DNA of 64,000 nt, from contig JAQTTB010000001.1 of the NCBI GenBank assembly GCA_028710985.1, positions 88,021-152,020 of the forward strand, given 5' to 3'. This stretch comes from Patescibacteria group bacterium (GTDB taxonomy: Bacteria > Patescibacteriota > Patescibacteriia > JAHJFT01). Below, in pieces: positions 1 through 8,673 of the stretch. The notes under the pieces were generated by a model. That model worked only from the letters and a program-made list of their open reading frames with translations. It was not told where the DNA came from and searched no databases. The number at the start of each line of letters is the position of its first letter. Position 1 is the first letter of the stretch. A program made the position numbers and the translations under genes.

Positions 1-1093
1 AAGGTCCGACCTCGCCCGAGCAGCTGCCCCAGCGACCCATGGCACAGGTCTGGACGCCGCGAGAGCACTCGCCGAGATCCGTTCCGCATGGCTGGGTACG
101 CCCGTCCGTGCATTCGCAGTTCTCGTCGATCGTGCCGTCGCAGTCGTTGTCCAGCGTGTCGCAGGATTCGGAGTCCGGCATGGTGCCGTCGCAGAGTTGC
201 CAGAACCCACCGAGGCAGGTCTGTTCACCCGTGGTGCAGACACCCATGTCTGTACCACACGGCATATGCGAACCATCGACACACCCGCAGTCCTCGTCGA
301 TAGATCCGTCACAGTCGTTGTCGAGCGCGTCGCATGTCTCGGAATCGGCCATCACGCCGGTGCACAGCTGCCAGAAACCGTCGATGCATTCCTGGCTGCC
401 GGTTGAGCAGATGCCGATATTCGAACCGCAGGGCCGTAGATCGCCCTCGCGGCACTCGCAGTCCTCGTCCACGTACCCGTCGCAGTTGTCGTCCAGGCCG
501 TTGCAGATCTCGGCTTCGGGCGCTATCCCGTCGCAGAGACCCCAGAGGCCGTCGTCCTGGCAGCGCTGCACACCAAAGGTGCACACGCCCTCGGACACGC
601 CGCAGGGTCGCTCCTGACCGAGAGCGCATACGCAACCATTGTCCACACTCCCGTCGCAGTTGTCGTCCACGCCGTTGCAGGCTTCCTCCATATCCGGGTT
701 GATGGACTCGCCCACGCCGGGGGTGTCGTTGCAGTCGTGCAATCCGGTGTAACCATCGCCATCCATGTCCAGAAATGGCAAACAGTCGGGGTCATACGCG
801 TCCGGCAGTCCGTCGTCGTCGTTGTCCAGTCCGTCCCAGCACTCGGCCTGCGTTTCCACGCAAGCGCCGGCTTCGTCCACCGCGATGTCGCAGTCGTTGT
901 CCACGCCGTCGCAGGTCTCGACCGCGGGCACACAGTTCGGGTTCACCACATCGGTGTTCCCGTCGGGCAGGATGCCATCGCCGATCACGTCGGCATCGGC
1001 ATCCGCGTTGCCCTTCTCCATCTGGATGCCGCCGCAGTTCACCGTGAACAGGGCAGCAAGACACAAGCACAGGGTCCGATTGTTTCCCAGCAT
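1..1093 (-). CDS. Secreted/lipoprotein-like Cys- and Asp-rich repeat protein, partial (3' end runs off the window). About 57-aa tandem repeats of the type C-[ND]-G-[LV]-D-[DN]-[ND]-C-D-G-x-[VI]-D-E-x-C...PCG...G.C..G.Q.C..G.W..C, MopE-like putative metal-binding motif.
   Basis: I hand-translated the minus strand from the ATG at 1091-1093 (AAGGAGGA Shine-Dalgarno 5 nt upstream) down to position 2 without meeting a stop. The N-terminus MLGNNRTLCLCLAALFTVNCGG reads as a signal or lipoprotein peptide. The ORF is absent from the track because no stop codon lies inside the window. At least four degenerate repeats are visible; GC3 is about 85%. Confidence 0.6.
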   Translation of the reverse strand, partial: MLGNNRTLCLCLAALFTVNCGGIQMEKGNADADADVIGDGILPDGNTDVVNPNCVPAVETCDGVDNDCDIAVDEAGACVETQAECWDGLDNDDDGLPDAYDPDCLPFLDMDGDGYTGLHDCNDTPGVGESINPDMEEACNGVDDNCDGSVDNGCVCALGQERPCGVSEGVCTFGVQRCQDDGLWGLCDGIAPEAEICNGLDDNCDGYVDEDCECREGDLRPCGSNIGICSTGSQECIDGFWQLCTGVMADSETCDALDNDCDGSIDEDCGCVDGSHMPCGTDMGVCTTGEQTCLGGFWQLCDGTMPDSESCDTLDNDCDGTIDENCECTDGRTQPCGTDLGECSRGVQTCAMGRWGSCSGEVGP

Positions 1094-1420
1094 AGCATCC
1101 TCCTTGTGGTTGTTGCTGGCGTTGAAGCACATCCCGCTACGGGATTGATCGCTCGTCACTCTCTCCATCTTCTTCTCCCTTTCTGGAGTTTATTGCCGTT
1201 TCAGAATTTACAAAATAAAAACACTAGAAGTTTATGTGAAACCCTAGTCAGGCCGCAAAGGTTTGTTGTAATGAACAGATCTTTGCCTGATGAACCATTC
1301 CCTCTCCCGTTTTTCCTCCTATTTCCTCCCAAAACGGTTCATCAAGCTCAAATCTGCCTTATTCTAGCCAAAAATTAAGTCTATAGTATTAACGCAAAAC
1401 CTACATTAATTTAACACCCT

Positions 1421-1449
1421 ATTTTAGCGCAAAATGGCCTTTTTGTCAA
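1421..1449 (-). promoter_or_regulatory. Sigma70-like promoter on the minus strand: TTGACA, 17-nt spacer, TAAAAT. It sits about 320 nt upstream of the gene-1 start.
   Basis: The reverse complement of 1415-1455 reads tgcctcTTGACAaaaaggccattttgcgcTAAAATaggg. A paralogous block lies at 5080-5108. Confidence 0.45.
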
Positions 1450-1615
1450 GAGGCAGACAGGTGAATTATTTTCGCTAATTTAAGCCAAAATAATTTTATC
1501 AAAATTTTTGAGATTTGAGATTTGATTTTTAAGATAAAAAAGTGCCCGCCAAAGTATTGATTTCTCAATAACTTTGACGGGCCTTGTCGCAGGGGTCCCG
1601 GAGGACCCAGAAAGA

Positions 1616-3061
1616 TCAGTCGAAGTCGCTTCTCCAGTCACAGCCGTTACTACCGTAGTTGCGACCGTGATCGCTTCCGAGCGTAGACTTGGACACCACG
1701 TGTCCATCCGGGTAGGTTATGTCCCACTCCAGGATGGGCGACAGGATGTCGGTGTGCACTCCGCTGTCCCACCGGCAGCCCCACATGGAGCCGTCGGACA
1801 CGAGGCTGTAGAAGAAGTTGATGTTGGTGAAGTCCGCGCTGTATGGCAGGCGGAGCTCGCACGTGAACTCGCTCCGGCCGTCGGTGTACCGGCAGTGATG
1901 TCCTGCCGTATCCGAGAGACCGGTCGAGTCGGAGTAGTAGACTCCCGTGGTTCCGAGTCCGGCCGGCCAGATCGTGCCGGTCGCCACGAAGAGCGTCGTG
2001 CGGTCCGAGGTAGACAGGCGGGCGTGAATGCGGAAGGTGTAGAGGTCGCCGGGCTCCGAGCAATCGGGATCCGACATGTCGGTTGAGCCGTCGCAGTCCT
2101 CGTCCAGTCCGCTGGAGCAGACTTCGGACGAAGGGAAGACCGCGCCTTCGCAGTCTCCCGACCAGTCGCCGCTCTCGCAGTACTCGCGGCCGAACTGGCA
2201 CACGCCGAGGTCGCTCGCGGGTCCGCAGTCGCGGTAATCCCCGCTCTCGCACTCGACGTCGCAGTCCGGATCGCCGTCGCAGTCCGGATCTACGCAGTCG
2301 ATGAGCGTGTCGCCATCGTTGTCCACGTGGTCGTCGCAGTCCTCGGGGTCTGTCTCGCACGCCGGGTCGCCATTGCAGTCCGGGTCTACGCAGTCGATGA
2401 GCGTGTCCCCGTCATTGTCGGCGTGATCGTCGCAGTCCTCGTGGCCGCATTCCAGGTCGCGCGTATCGCAGTCCTGGTCGATGCCGTCCTCGCACACTTC
2501 GGTTGCGCCCGGGTGAACCGACGCGTCGGTATCCAGGCAATCGTCGCCGTCTCCGGATCCGATTGCGCAGTGTCCGTCGCCGTCCGCGTCCACGCATTCG
2601 CACTCCGAGTCTTCGCTGTCCACGTCACCGTCGCAGTCATCATCGCGACCGTTGTCGCAGATTTCATTCGCTCCGGGGTGGACGCTCGCGCGCGAGTCGT
2701 CGCAGTCATCGCCGCCATCGTCCTCGCTGCAGTAACCATCGCCGTCCGCGTCGTCGCACTCGCATTCGAGATCGCGGCCGTCGCAGTTCTGGTCGATCAG
2801 GTCATCGCAGACCTCGGTCGCGCCCGGGTGGATGTCCGCCCGGCTGTCGTTGCAGTCGTCGCCTTCCGGCTTGCGGAAGTGTCCGTCGCCGTCGGCATCG
2901 ATGCAACCACAATCGGGGTCGTCGCAGTCCGCGAGCCCGTCGCCGTCGTTGTCGTAGCCGTCGGTGCAGATCTCCTCGTCCGGACCGTGGCCCGGCTCGA
3001 GCATGATATCCTGGCATCCCATGAGGCAGAGAGCAAGGCACACCGTTATGAGCTTCTTCAT
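1616..3061 (-). CDS. Lipoprotein with about eight MopE-like putative metal-binding repeats (C-x-D-x-D-N-D-G-D-[GT]-L-x-D-C-x-D-P-D-C), followed by a roughly 200-aa C-terminal beta-rich domain of unknown function.
   Basis: Track ORF 1616..3250. The internal start MKKLITVCLALCLMGCQD has a lipobox (LMGC) and is preceded by GGAGAAGGAGGACAGG. Motifs such as DDCDDSRASVHPGATEVCDDLIDQNCDGRDLEC recur. The start coordinate is plus or minus 1 nt, taken from the track frame. Confidence 0.65.
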   Translation of the reverse strand: MKKLITVCLALCLMGCQDIMLEPGHGPDEEICTDGYDNDGDGLADCDDPDCGCIDADGDGHFRKPEGDDCNDSRADIHPGATEVCDDLIDQNCDGRDLECECDDADGDGYCSEDDGGDDCDDSRASVHPGANEICDNGRDDDCDGDVDSEDSECECVDADGDGHCAIGSGDGDDCLDTDASVHPGATEVCEDGIDQDCDTRDLECGHEDCDDHADNDGDTLIDCVDPDCNGDPACETDPEDCDDHVDNDGDTLIDCVDPDCDGDPDCDVECESGDYRDCGPASDLGVCQFGREYCESGDWSGDCEGAVFPSSEVCSSGLDEDCDGSTDMSDPDCSEPGDLYTFRIHARLSTSDRTTLFVATGTIWPAGLGTTGVYYSDSTGLSDTAGHHCRYTDGRSEFTCELRLPYSADFTNINFFYSLVSDGSMWGCRWDSGVHTDILSPILEWDITYPDGHVVSKSTLGSDHGRNYGSNGCDWRSDFD

Positions 3062-3300
3062 CCTGTCCTCCTTCTCCTCATTGGAGAAAAATGGTTGATT
3101 TCGGTCATGATTTCGGTCGCAAGATATAAAAAATCCCTCCAATTTTTTTAAACCCTGCGACCGAAACCAGATGCTTGTAAAGAACGCTTTCTTAAGAAAA
3201 TCAATCTTGATTTGCTTGAGGAAGCGGGCGGGAGAGCACGAGATGTGCAACTCCCGCCAAGCTATGTTATTGGGTTGAAGGAACGAACAATGAGGTGGGA

Positions 3301-4833
3301 TTAGAAGAAGAGGATAATCTCGACCCCGACGCTGGCCTGCACGATGCCGGTCCAGCCGCGCACCCCCTGGGGTGTAGTCGGCTCGCTCTCGTCCGCGTTG
3401 ATATTGTACTCGTAGTGATCGAGTCCAATACCCAGAGTTCCGCCGAACCGGACGTATCCCGACACCTTTGCCGGTTTGTTAGGGTCCTTTCCGAAGGGCC
3501 ACGACTTACCGACATCGATGCCGATGAGCGCAATATCGTCCTTGCGCTTCGGGTCCGGGTGGTTCCTGAACCAGAGCTCCTCGTACCCGGTTGCGAGGTG
3601 GTCGTACCCTAGGAAGAATCCGAAGATTCCTTTCGTGCCCGGGAATATTTCCACTCGCCCTCCGGCCAGCATGCCGAAGTTCTCGTCCTCGGTCAGTCCT
3701 CCCATGGGCCCCAGGTGGGCCTTGAAGTTGACCGTGACATTCGATCCGCGGATCTGCAGTATGGTCCACTGCACGACCGCGCCGGCGAAGACTTCGCCGT
3801 TGAACGTCACCATGCCGAGGGCATGGAAGCCGGGACCGGAACCGAGGTTCTTGGCCTTTGCCTTCTTGAGCTCCTCGACGTCGCTCTCCACCTTCGCGAG
3901 GCGCTTCTCCAAGTCAGCGATGCGATCTTCGAGATCGTCCAGTCGCTCTTCCACCTTGGCGAGGCGCTTGTCCAGTCCGTCGAGCCGGGCCTTGAGGGCC
4001 TTGACCTCGGCGGCGAGCGCGTCCAGCTCACCCTTGCTCGCCTTGTCAGCAAGCTGGGCCTGAAGATCGTTCACGATCTCCTGGAACCGCGCGCGGAATG
4101 CCGAGAGCTCCTTGCGAAGCATGTCCAGATCCGCCGGGCTCACACTGCACTCGCACGAAGAAGCCGGAGCCGAGTATGAGTAATCGTAGTGTATCTCACT
4201 CTCCTCGACCTTGGCAGCGCAGCACTTGCCCATCAGGGCTTCGAGCCCCTTGAGCGCGGCCGCGAGATCCTCGATGCGGGTGTCCGTATCCCATGCCCAG
4301 GCGTGAAACTGAACCAGGGTGAGACAGCGCCCGTCCATGGAGCCCTCGATGTCGCCCGGGAGTCCCACTCCATTGGGTACCCACCAGCCGTTCTTCTTGC
4401 CGCACTGGCACCGGTCATCGCACCCCTTGTGCTTCACCGGCTTGTCGTCCGCGACCTTGTCCTTCTTGCAGGACGAGTCCTTCTTGCACGCCGGATCGGC
4501 ACAGTCTTTCTTGCCGTCACCATCGTTGTCCACGCCGTCGTCGCAGTCTTCCACGCCCGGCAGTGAGGGCATGCTCGGAATCGGACACATGTCGTAGCAA
4601 GCACCGAGGTACGCAACGCAGGAATCGAGCTTGCTCTCGCATGCCTGCTTGCCGTTCTCGCAGTCCGCCACGCTGCCGTCGATCGACACGCTGGAAGTCG
4701 TGTTGGCGCACAACTTGCACGCGGCTTCGGGCTTCATCATCGGGATGTCCGATTTCTCGGCATCCTTCTGGCTGAAAGCCGGTGACGCGAACATGCACAT
4801 CGCACACCAGAGCACCATCGTGATCTTCTTCAT
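3301..4833 (-). CDS. Secreted protein with three parts: an N-terminal Cys-rich region carrying one MopE-like motif (DCDDGVDNDGDGKKDCADPAC), a central heptad coiled coil (LDALAAEVKALKARLDGLDKRLAKVEERLDDLEDRIADLEKRLAKVESDVEELKK), and a C-terminal roughly 180-aa domain of alternating-hydrophobic beta strands ending ...VGVEIILFF. The last part could be a beta-barrel, OMP-like.
   Basis: Signal peptide MKKITMVLWCAMCMFASPAFSQ. AGGAGA Shine-Dalgarno. Terminal aromatic Phe-Phe. High GC. Confidence 0.55.
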   Translation of the reverse strand: MKKITMVLWCAMCMFASPAFSQKDAEKSDIPMMKPEAACKLCANTTSSVSIDGSVADCENGKQACESKLDSCVAYLGACYDMCPIPSMPSLPGVEDCDDGVDNDGDGKKDCADPACKKDSSCKKDKVADDKPVKHKGCDDRCQCGKKNGWWVPNGVGLPGDIEGSMDGRCLTLVQFHAWAWDTDTRIEDLAAALKGLEALMGKCCAAKVEESEIHYDYSYSAPASSCECSVSPADLDMLRKELSAFRARFQEIVNDLQAQLADKASKGELDALAAEVKALKARLDGLDKRLAKVEERLDDLEDRIADLEKRLAKVESDVEELKKAKAKNLGSGPGFHALGMVTFNGEVFAGAVVQWTILQIRGSNVTVNFKAHLGPMGGLTEDENFGMLAGGRVEIFPGTKGIFGFFLGYDHLATGYEELWFRNHPDPKRKDDIALIGIDVGKSWPFGKDPNKPAKVSGYVRFGGTLGIGLDHYEYNINADESEPTTPQGVRGWTGIVQASVGVEIILFF

Positions 4834-5079
4834 GGCCTTTCTCCTTGTTTCTTTCTACCCCATCTCTGGGGATTTAGTGTTGTGTCAAAGATCATTTCCG
4901 CGCATATCAAAAATGCACGAGAATCATATTTCCAACACTTTTTTCCGGACAGGCAATGATCAAGTGTTGAGGTTGTTTGGTAAGGATCATGGAGCAAGGA
5001 GGAAATGCTCCAAATCCTTAACCAAACAGCCTCAAAACCCGCCAGACCTGCATGAAACCTATTTCATGAATAACAGGGT

Positions 5080-5108
5080 ATTTTAGCATAAATTTGCTTT
5101 TTTGTCAA
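5080..5108 (-). promoter_or_regulatory. Sigma70-like promoter on the minus strand: TTGACA, 17-nt spacer, TAAAAT. It sits about 240 nt upstream of the start of gene 3301..4833.
   Basis: The reverse complement reads ccTTGACAaaaaagcaaatttatgcTAAAATaccc. This block is roughly 75% identical to the one at 1415-1455. Confidence 0.45.
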
Positions 5109-5232
5109 GGGACGCAAGGCCAAGGCTGAATTTGCACTAGAATATAACGAAAAAAGACTGATGCTCTTTCAGTCTTCTTACCCAAAAAACTATGTTTTGT
5201 CAACCCCTCGACCTTGCTCGGGGCAGGCCTGC

Positions 5233-5859
5233 CTAGTAGCTCTCGGCCCCGAATTGCGGCTTGGCTTTCCAGACCGCGTAGACAAATCCGAGCACCAGGC
5301 CGAACGCAAAGCCCAATCCCGCATTCAGCGGAACATTCGGCTTCACTGGGAATCGGGATGAAAGCGGGTCATCCACGAGTTTTATCTGCACATCGCCGCC
5401 CACGTATTCACTCGATTCAGACGAGAGCGTTGCCGCGACCGCCTGCGCAAGCGCGAGCGACTGATTTTTGTCCGGATGATAAACCGCGATGGTTAAAAGT
5501 CCGGTGCCGCCTTCAACGTTGGAAGAAATCATGTCCGACCATTGCTTGCGGCGCTTTTCGTCATCCTGGTTGAAATAACTTTTATCAATCGCGTAATCCC
5601 CCTCCAGCATCTTGTTGAAAAAGGATGTGGTGTAAATTATTTCCGAAAGATTAATCGCCACCCGTTCCGAAGATTTCACGGCCGTGTACGGATCAAGCCC
5701 GAGCACGCTTTTTTGGATTACTAAAAATCTCACCGTGGTGCTGTACTTCAGTGGTTCAATGAAACTTAACGCCCCGGCAAAAATCATCACCAGGAGCCCG
5801 AATAGAAAAATCTTTTTCCAGTTATATTGAATGAGTTTTAAATAATTTGGACGCATCAT
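5233..5859 (-). CDS. Membrane protein with N- and C-terminal transmembrane helices and a periplasmic-type loop. Wzz/chain-length-determinant-like topology; function unclear.
   Basis: Hydrophobic segments IFLFGLLVMIFAGALSFI and GLGFAFGLVLGFVYAV flank a soluble domain. No diagnostic motif. Confidence 0.35.
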   Translation of the reverse strand: MMRPNYLKLIQYNWKKIFLFGLLVMIFAGALSFIEPLKYSTTVRFLVIQKSVLGLDPYTAVKSSERVAINLSEIIYTTSFFNKMLEGDYAIDKSYFNQDDEKRRKQWSDMISSNVEGGTGLLTIAVYHPDKNQSLALAQAVAATLSSESSEYVGGDVQIKLVDDPLSSRFPVKPNVPLNAGLGFAFGLVLGFVYAVWKAKPQFGAESY

Positions 5860-5888
5860 ACATTAATTCAAAATTAAAAATTCAAAAT

Positions 5889-7061
5889 TCAAAATTTTTC
5901 TTCACTCTCACCCAGGGTCACTGATACTATTTCAGTCTTCCCATCTCGCAATATCCCTAAGCTTATTTTATCACCTGGCGCGTATTCAAGCAAAAGATAC
6001 GCGAGCGAACCACGGCTGTTCAAGATTACGTCATTGAGCGATAAAATAATATCGCCCTCCCGAATTCCGGCGGCCTCGGCCGGAGAATCCGCCACAACCG
6101 CCGGCGGCACATCATCCTTGCCCGGCCATACGAGCGCGCCCTCTTTCTGCCCGGCCGTAATCTCGTCGTCAATTCCGGAAATCCTTGCAAGGTCGAGGTA
6201 CCGGACTCCGAGAAGAGGCCGCGTAATCCTTCCCTCCTTCAACATACTCTTCATCGCCGGAGTCAAGAGTTCGAACGAAAGACCAATCCCGCCCTCGGCA
6301 TCCTTGCCCCAAACGAGACCGATGACTTCGGCTTCGTAATTCAAGATCGGCGCGCCGAGCGGCGCGCCTCCCGCCGCAATAAGCAGCCGATTCGCCGGCG
6401 TGTCAGAATTCTGAAGATAAGTCGTTACGCCTGACGGATCATAGAACTTGCTTACGATATTTGATGAAATAAATTCATCCCGCCCGAACACGATCGCGAT
6501 CCGATCGCCGGAATCCATGAATTCTTCATCCGCAATCTGCACAACCGCGAGATTTTGAGCTGTAATTTTTACAAAAGCTGCGCCGGTTGTTTTATCGATC
6601 AGCATGCTGTCCAATGAATAAATGCTGCCTCCGATTTTGGCGAGTGCATTTCCAATTTTGGTATTTTTAAAAATTTCACCCGGCGCGATTAGCCATCCGT
6701 CCGAAGTAAAAACAACGCCATATCCAAGAATGTCGGTATCAAAATAAATTCCATCTTCAACCGCCTTGCCCGATTTCGTGGTATAGAAAACCGCGAGCGC
6801 CGGTATCACCCTCTCTCTGGCATTCTCTACCGCCGATTCAAAAGTCCCGGGCGAAACAAGCCGCGCCGTCGGGCTCGTAACGCGGGCAACCGGCTGCTCT
6901 ACCAGGCTGGAAAAATAATCTGATAAATACCCAAACGCCAAAAGCGCCCCGGCCGCACCTGCCACAATGCCGATTATCGCAAAAAGCGCCGTCCGGAACG
7001 TAAAGTGCCACAAACTCGGCTTTGTCGCCGCGGCTTCAGGTTCTTTTTTGACTTCATCCAT
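5889..7061 (-). CDS. HtrA-like trypsin-fold plus PDZ protein with an N-terminal transmembrane anchor. All three catalytic-triad positions appear substituted (LIAPGEIF where the His motif sits; AGGAPLGAP where GNSGGPL sits), so it is a probable pseudoprotease.
   Basis: Collinear with the bona fide HtrA at 18216..19496. PDZ segment: GIREGDIILSLNDVILNSRGSLAYLLLEYAPGDKISLGIL. Confidence 0.55.
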   Translation of the reverse strand: MDEVKKEPEAAATKPSLWHFTFRTALFAIIGIVAGAAGALLAFGYLSDYFSSLVEQPVARVTSPTARLVSPGTFESAVENARERVIPALAVFYTTKSGKAVEDGIYFDTDILGYGVVFTSDGWLIAPGEIFKNTKIGNALAKIGGSIYSLDSMLIDKTTGAAFVKITAQNLAVVQIADEEFMDSGDRIAIVFGRDEFISSNIVSKFYDPSGVTTYLQNSDTPANRLLIAAGGAPLGAPILNYEAEVIGLVWGKDAEGGIGLSFELLTPAMKSMLKEGRITRPLLGVRYLDLARISGIDDEITAGQKEGALVWPGKDDVPPAVVADSPAEAAGIREGDIILSLNDVILNSRGSLAYLLLEYAPGDKISLGILRDGKTEIVSVTLGESEEKF

Positions 7062-7126
7062 ATTTTTATATATTTTAATCTATAACCTACAAGCTACAAG
7101 CTAACTTCCTACAAGCTAATTCCTCG

Positions 7127-7888
7127 TCACGTCCAGCGCGCCGTTACGGCCACCAGGAAAAAAATTAATCCGCCAATAAGCGCGTAACGCTTGACCATTC
7201 GCGCATCAAGCTCATGAGAGAAGTGATAGCGCAGCAGGCCGGCTGTAAAATAATATAGTATGGTAAGCATTGCGCCGGAAACCACGAAAGCGGTCGGCAG
7301 CAGCATCAGGACGTAAAAAAATTCAAAAACCGTGAGCGTCAAAACCAGATTATAGGGCCAGCTTTCCCAAAAATTTACTTTCATAATTCGAAAAAGCTGA
7401 TAATTTAAAATCAGCGTAAGTGCGGCGATAATCGCAAGTAGCAGCGGTTTTGGCGCATGAAGAAAAATGTAAAAACCAAAAAGACTCGCTGAAAAAAGAA
7501 ACACCGAAAGAACAGTAAAGTAAAAACAAAGATTTTCCAACGCCCCCTCCTGATATCTTTTTTCCAGATAACCGTGATAAAAAAGATGCTCGGTGTATAG
7601 AAAGATCAAAAAACCTATCAATGCCGCCGCCACGATCTTGATTATCTGACTTTCAAGAAAAAGATTAAAGGCGAATCCGGACAGAAAAAGAAAAAGCGGA
7701 GTAATCAGATTGTGAAAAAAACTGGCGCTGAACCGCAGGTCGTTAAGTAAAAAAACCGCAGCCGCAATCAATAAACTCAAAAAAACAAGAAGCGGCCAAA
7801 TGAGCACCGGCGCCGCGAGAATAATGAGAAATCCGAAAACCGTGATTGTTCCAAGAATATACGGGCAGAAACGCCGTAATAGTAACAT
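7127..7888 (-). CDS. Polytopic integral membrane protein with about eight transmembrane helices; function unknown.
   Basis: Almost entirely hydrophobic 253-aa ORF in the same operon as its neighbours. Confidence 0.4.
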   Translation of the reverse strand: MLLLRRFCPYILGTITVFGFLIILAAPVLIWPLLVFLSLLIAAAVFLLNDLRFSASFFHNLITPLFLFLSGFAFNLFLESQIIKIVAAALIGFLIFLYTEHLFYHGYLEKRYQEGALENLCFYFTVLSVFLFSASLFGFYIFLHAPKPLLLAIIAALTLILNYQLFRIMKVNFWESWPYNLVLTLTVFEFFYVLMLLPTAFVVSGAMLTILYYFTAGLLRYHFSHELDARMVKRYALIGGLIFFLVAVTARWT

Positions 7889-7890
7889 AT

Positions 7891-8658
7891 TTATTTTTTG
7901 AAAGTTGTATATTCTATCGTGCCGTACAAAACTATTTTTTCACGAACAAGATCCATGCGCTCCAAATTAACAAAGCCAATGAGCGGTAATTTCAGGGCCT
8001 TAAGAACCGAATCCAGGAATGTGCCGAATATTGCATCCGCGATCCAAACCGGAACTTTCAAATCACCGAACTTTGCGCTCGTTACATTGAGCCGAATGTC
8101 GTTTTCAACCACTTCGGGCACCGCATTTATGGTGATATAGAATGATTTATCACCGCGCTTAATATGGCCGTACAATTCCATCCCGGCAGTTTCAACCGCC
8201 ACCTGCGCTTTCTCCACTGTAAACCCGCTCTGTTCGGCCAATGGAATAATATTTTGCAGGATAAAGGCCGTGATTGCCGATTCCGGAAGCGAAACACTAG
8301 CCGATGACGCTTGCAATTTCCCCGGATATTCAGTCTCCATCAAATTATTAATGTCGCTGCGCATGCTCTCCAAGAAATCAAACTTACGATAATCTTCTTC
8401 CAGCCTTACCTCGTGCACCGGCTCGGGAACATGAAACGCCCAGCTTGAAATAAAGGGTATATCATAAATTCCGGTCTTAGCGACTCCCCATGCCGCGAGA
8501 AAGGCGACCCCTCCGCCCAAAATCAAAAAAATAACCAGGCATGAACAGCAACGGAACATTTTCCGCCGCTTTGCCTCTTTGTGAATATCTACTTCAACCT
8601 GCTTGCGAATTTCTTTTTTTACGTCCTCCGGATCTTGGGCGGTTTCAACGCGCGTCAT
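7891..8658 (-). CDS. Membrane-anchored hypothetical protein with a cytoplasmic basic N-terminus, one transmembrane helix and an extracytoplasmic domain.
   Basis: KKEIRKQVEVDIHKEAKRRK, then transmembrane CCSCLVIFLILGGGVAFLAAWGV. Confidence 0.4.
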   Translation of the reverse strand: MTRVETAQDPEDVKKEIRKQVEVDIHKEAKRRKMFRCCSCLVIFLILGGGVAFLAAWGVAKTGIYDIPFISSWAFHVPEPVHEVRLEEDYRKFDFLESMRSDINNLMETEYPGKLQASSASVSLPESAITAFILQNIIPLAEQSGFTVEKAQVAVETAGMELYGHIKRGDKSFYITINAVPEVVENDIRLNVTSAKFGDLKVPVWIADAIFGTFLDSVLKALKLPLIGFVNLERMDLVREKIVLYGTIEYTTFKK

Positions 8659-8673
8659 ATATTATTATCGGAA

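Noticed and set aside
1574-3151. Many plus-strand and alternative-frame ORFs inside the GC-rich genes, for example 1574..2086, 2327..3151, 2503..3006, and likewise 26558..34823 inside the giant gene.
   Set aside because: They give low-complexity Arg/Ala/Pro-rich translations typical of out-of-frame readings of high-GC coding DNA. The real genes are the long minus-strand frames with signal peptides and Shine-Dalgarno sequences.
1-5232. Interpreting the 68%-GC block as a chimeric mis-assembly from a high-GC organism.
   Set aside because: The spacers inside the block are AT-rich like the rest of the contig. They also carry the same style of promoters and strong Shine-Dalgarno sequences, which argues for physical linkage. 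I could not inspect coverage or read pairs, so the possibility stays open as a check.
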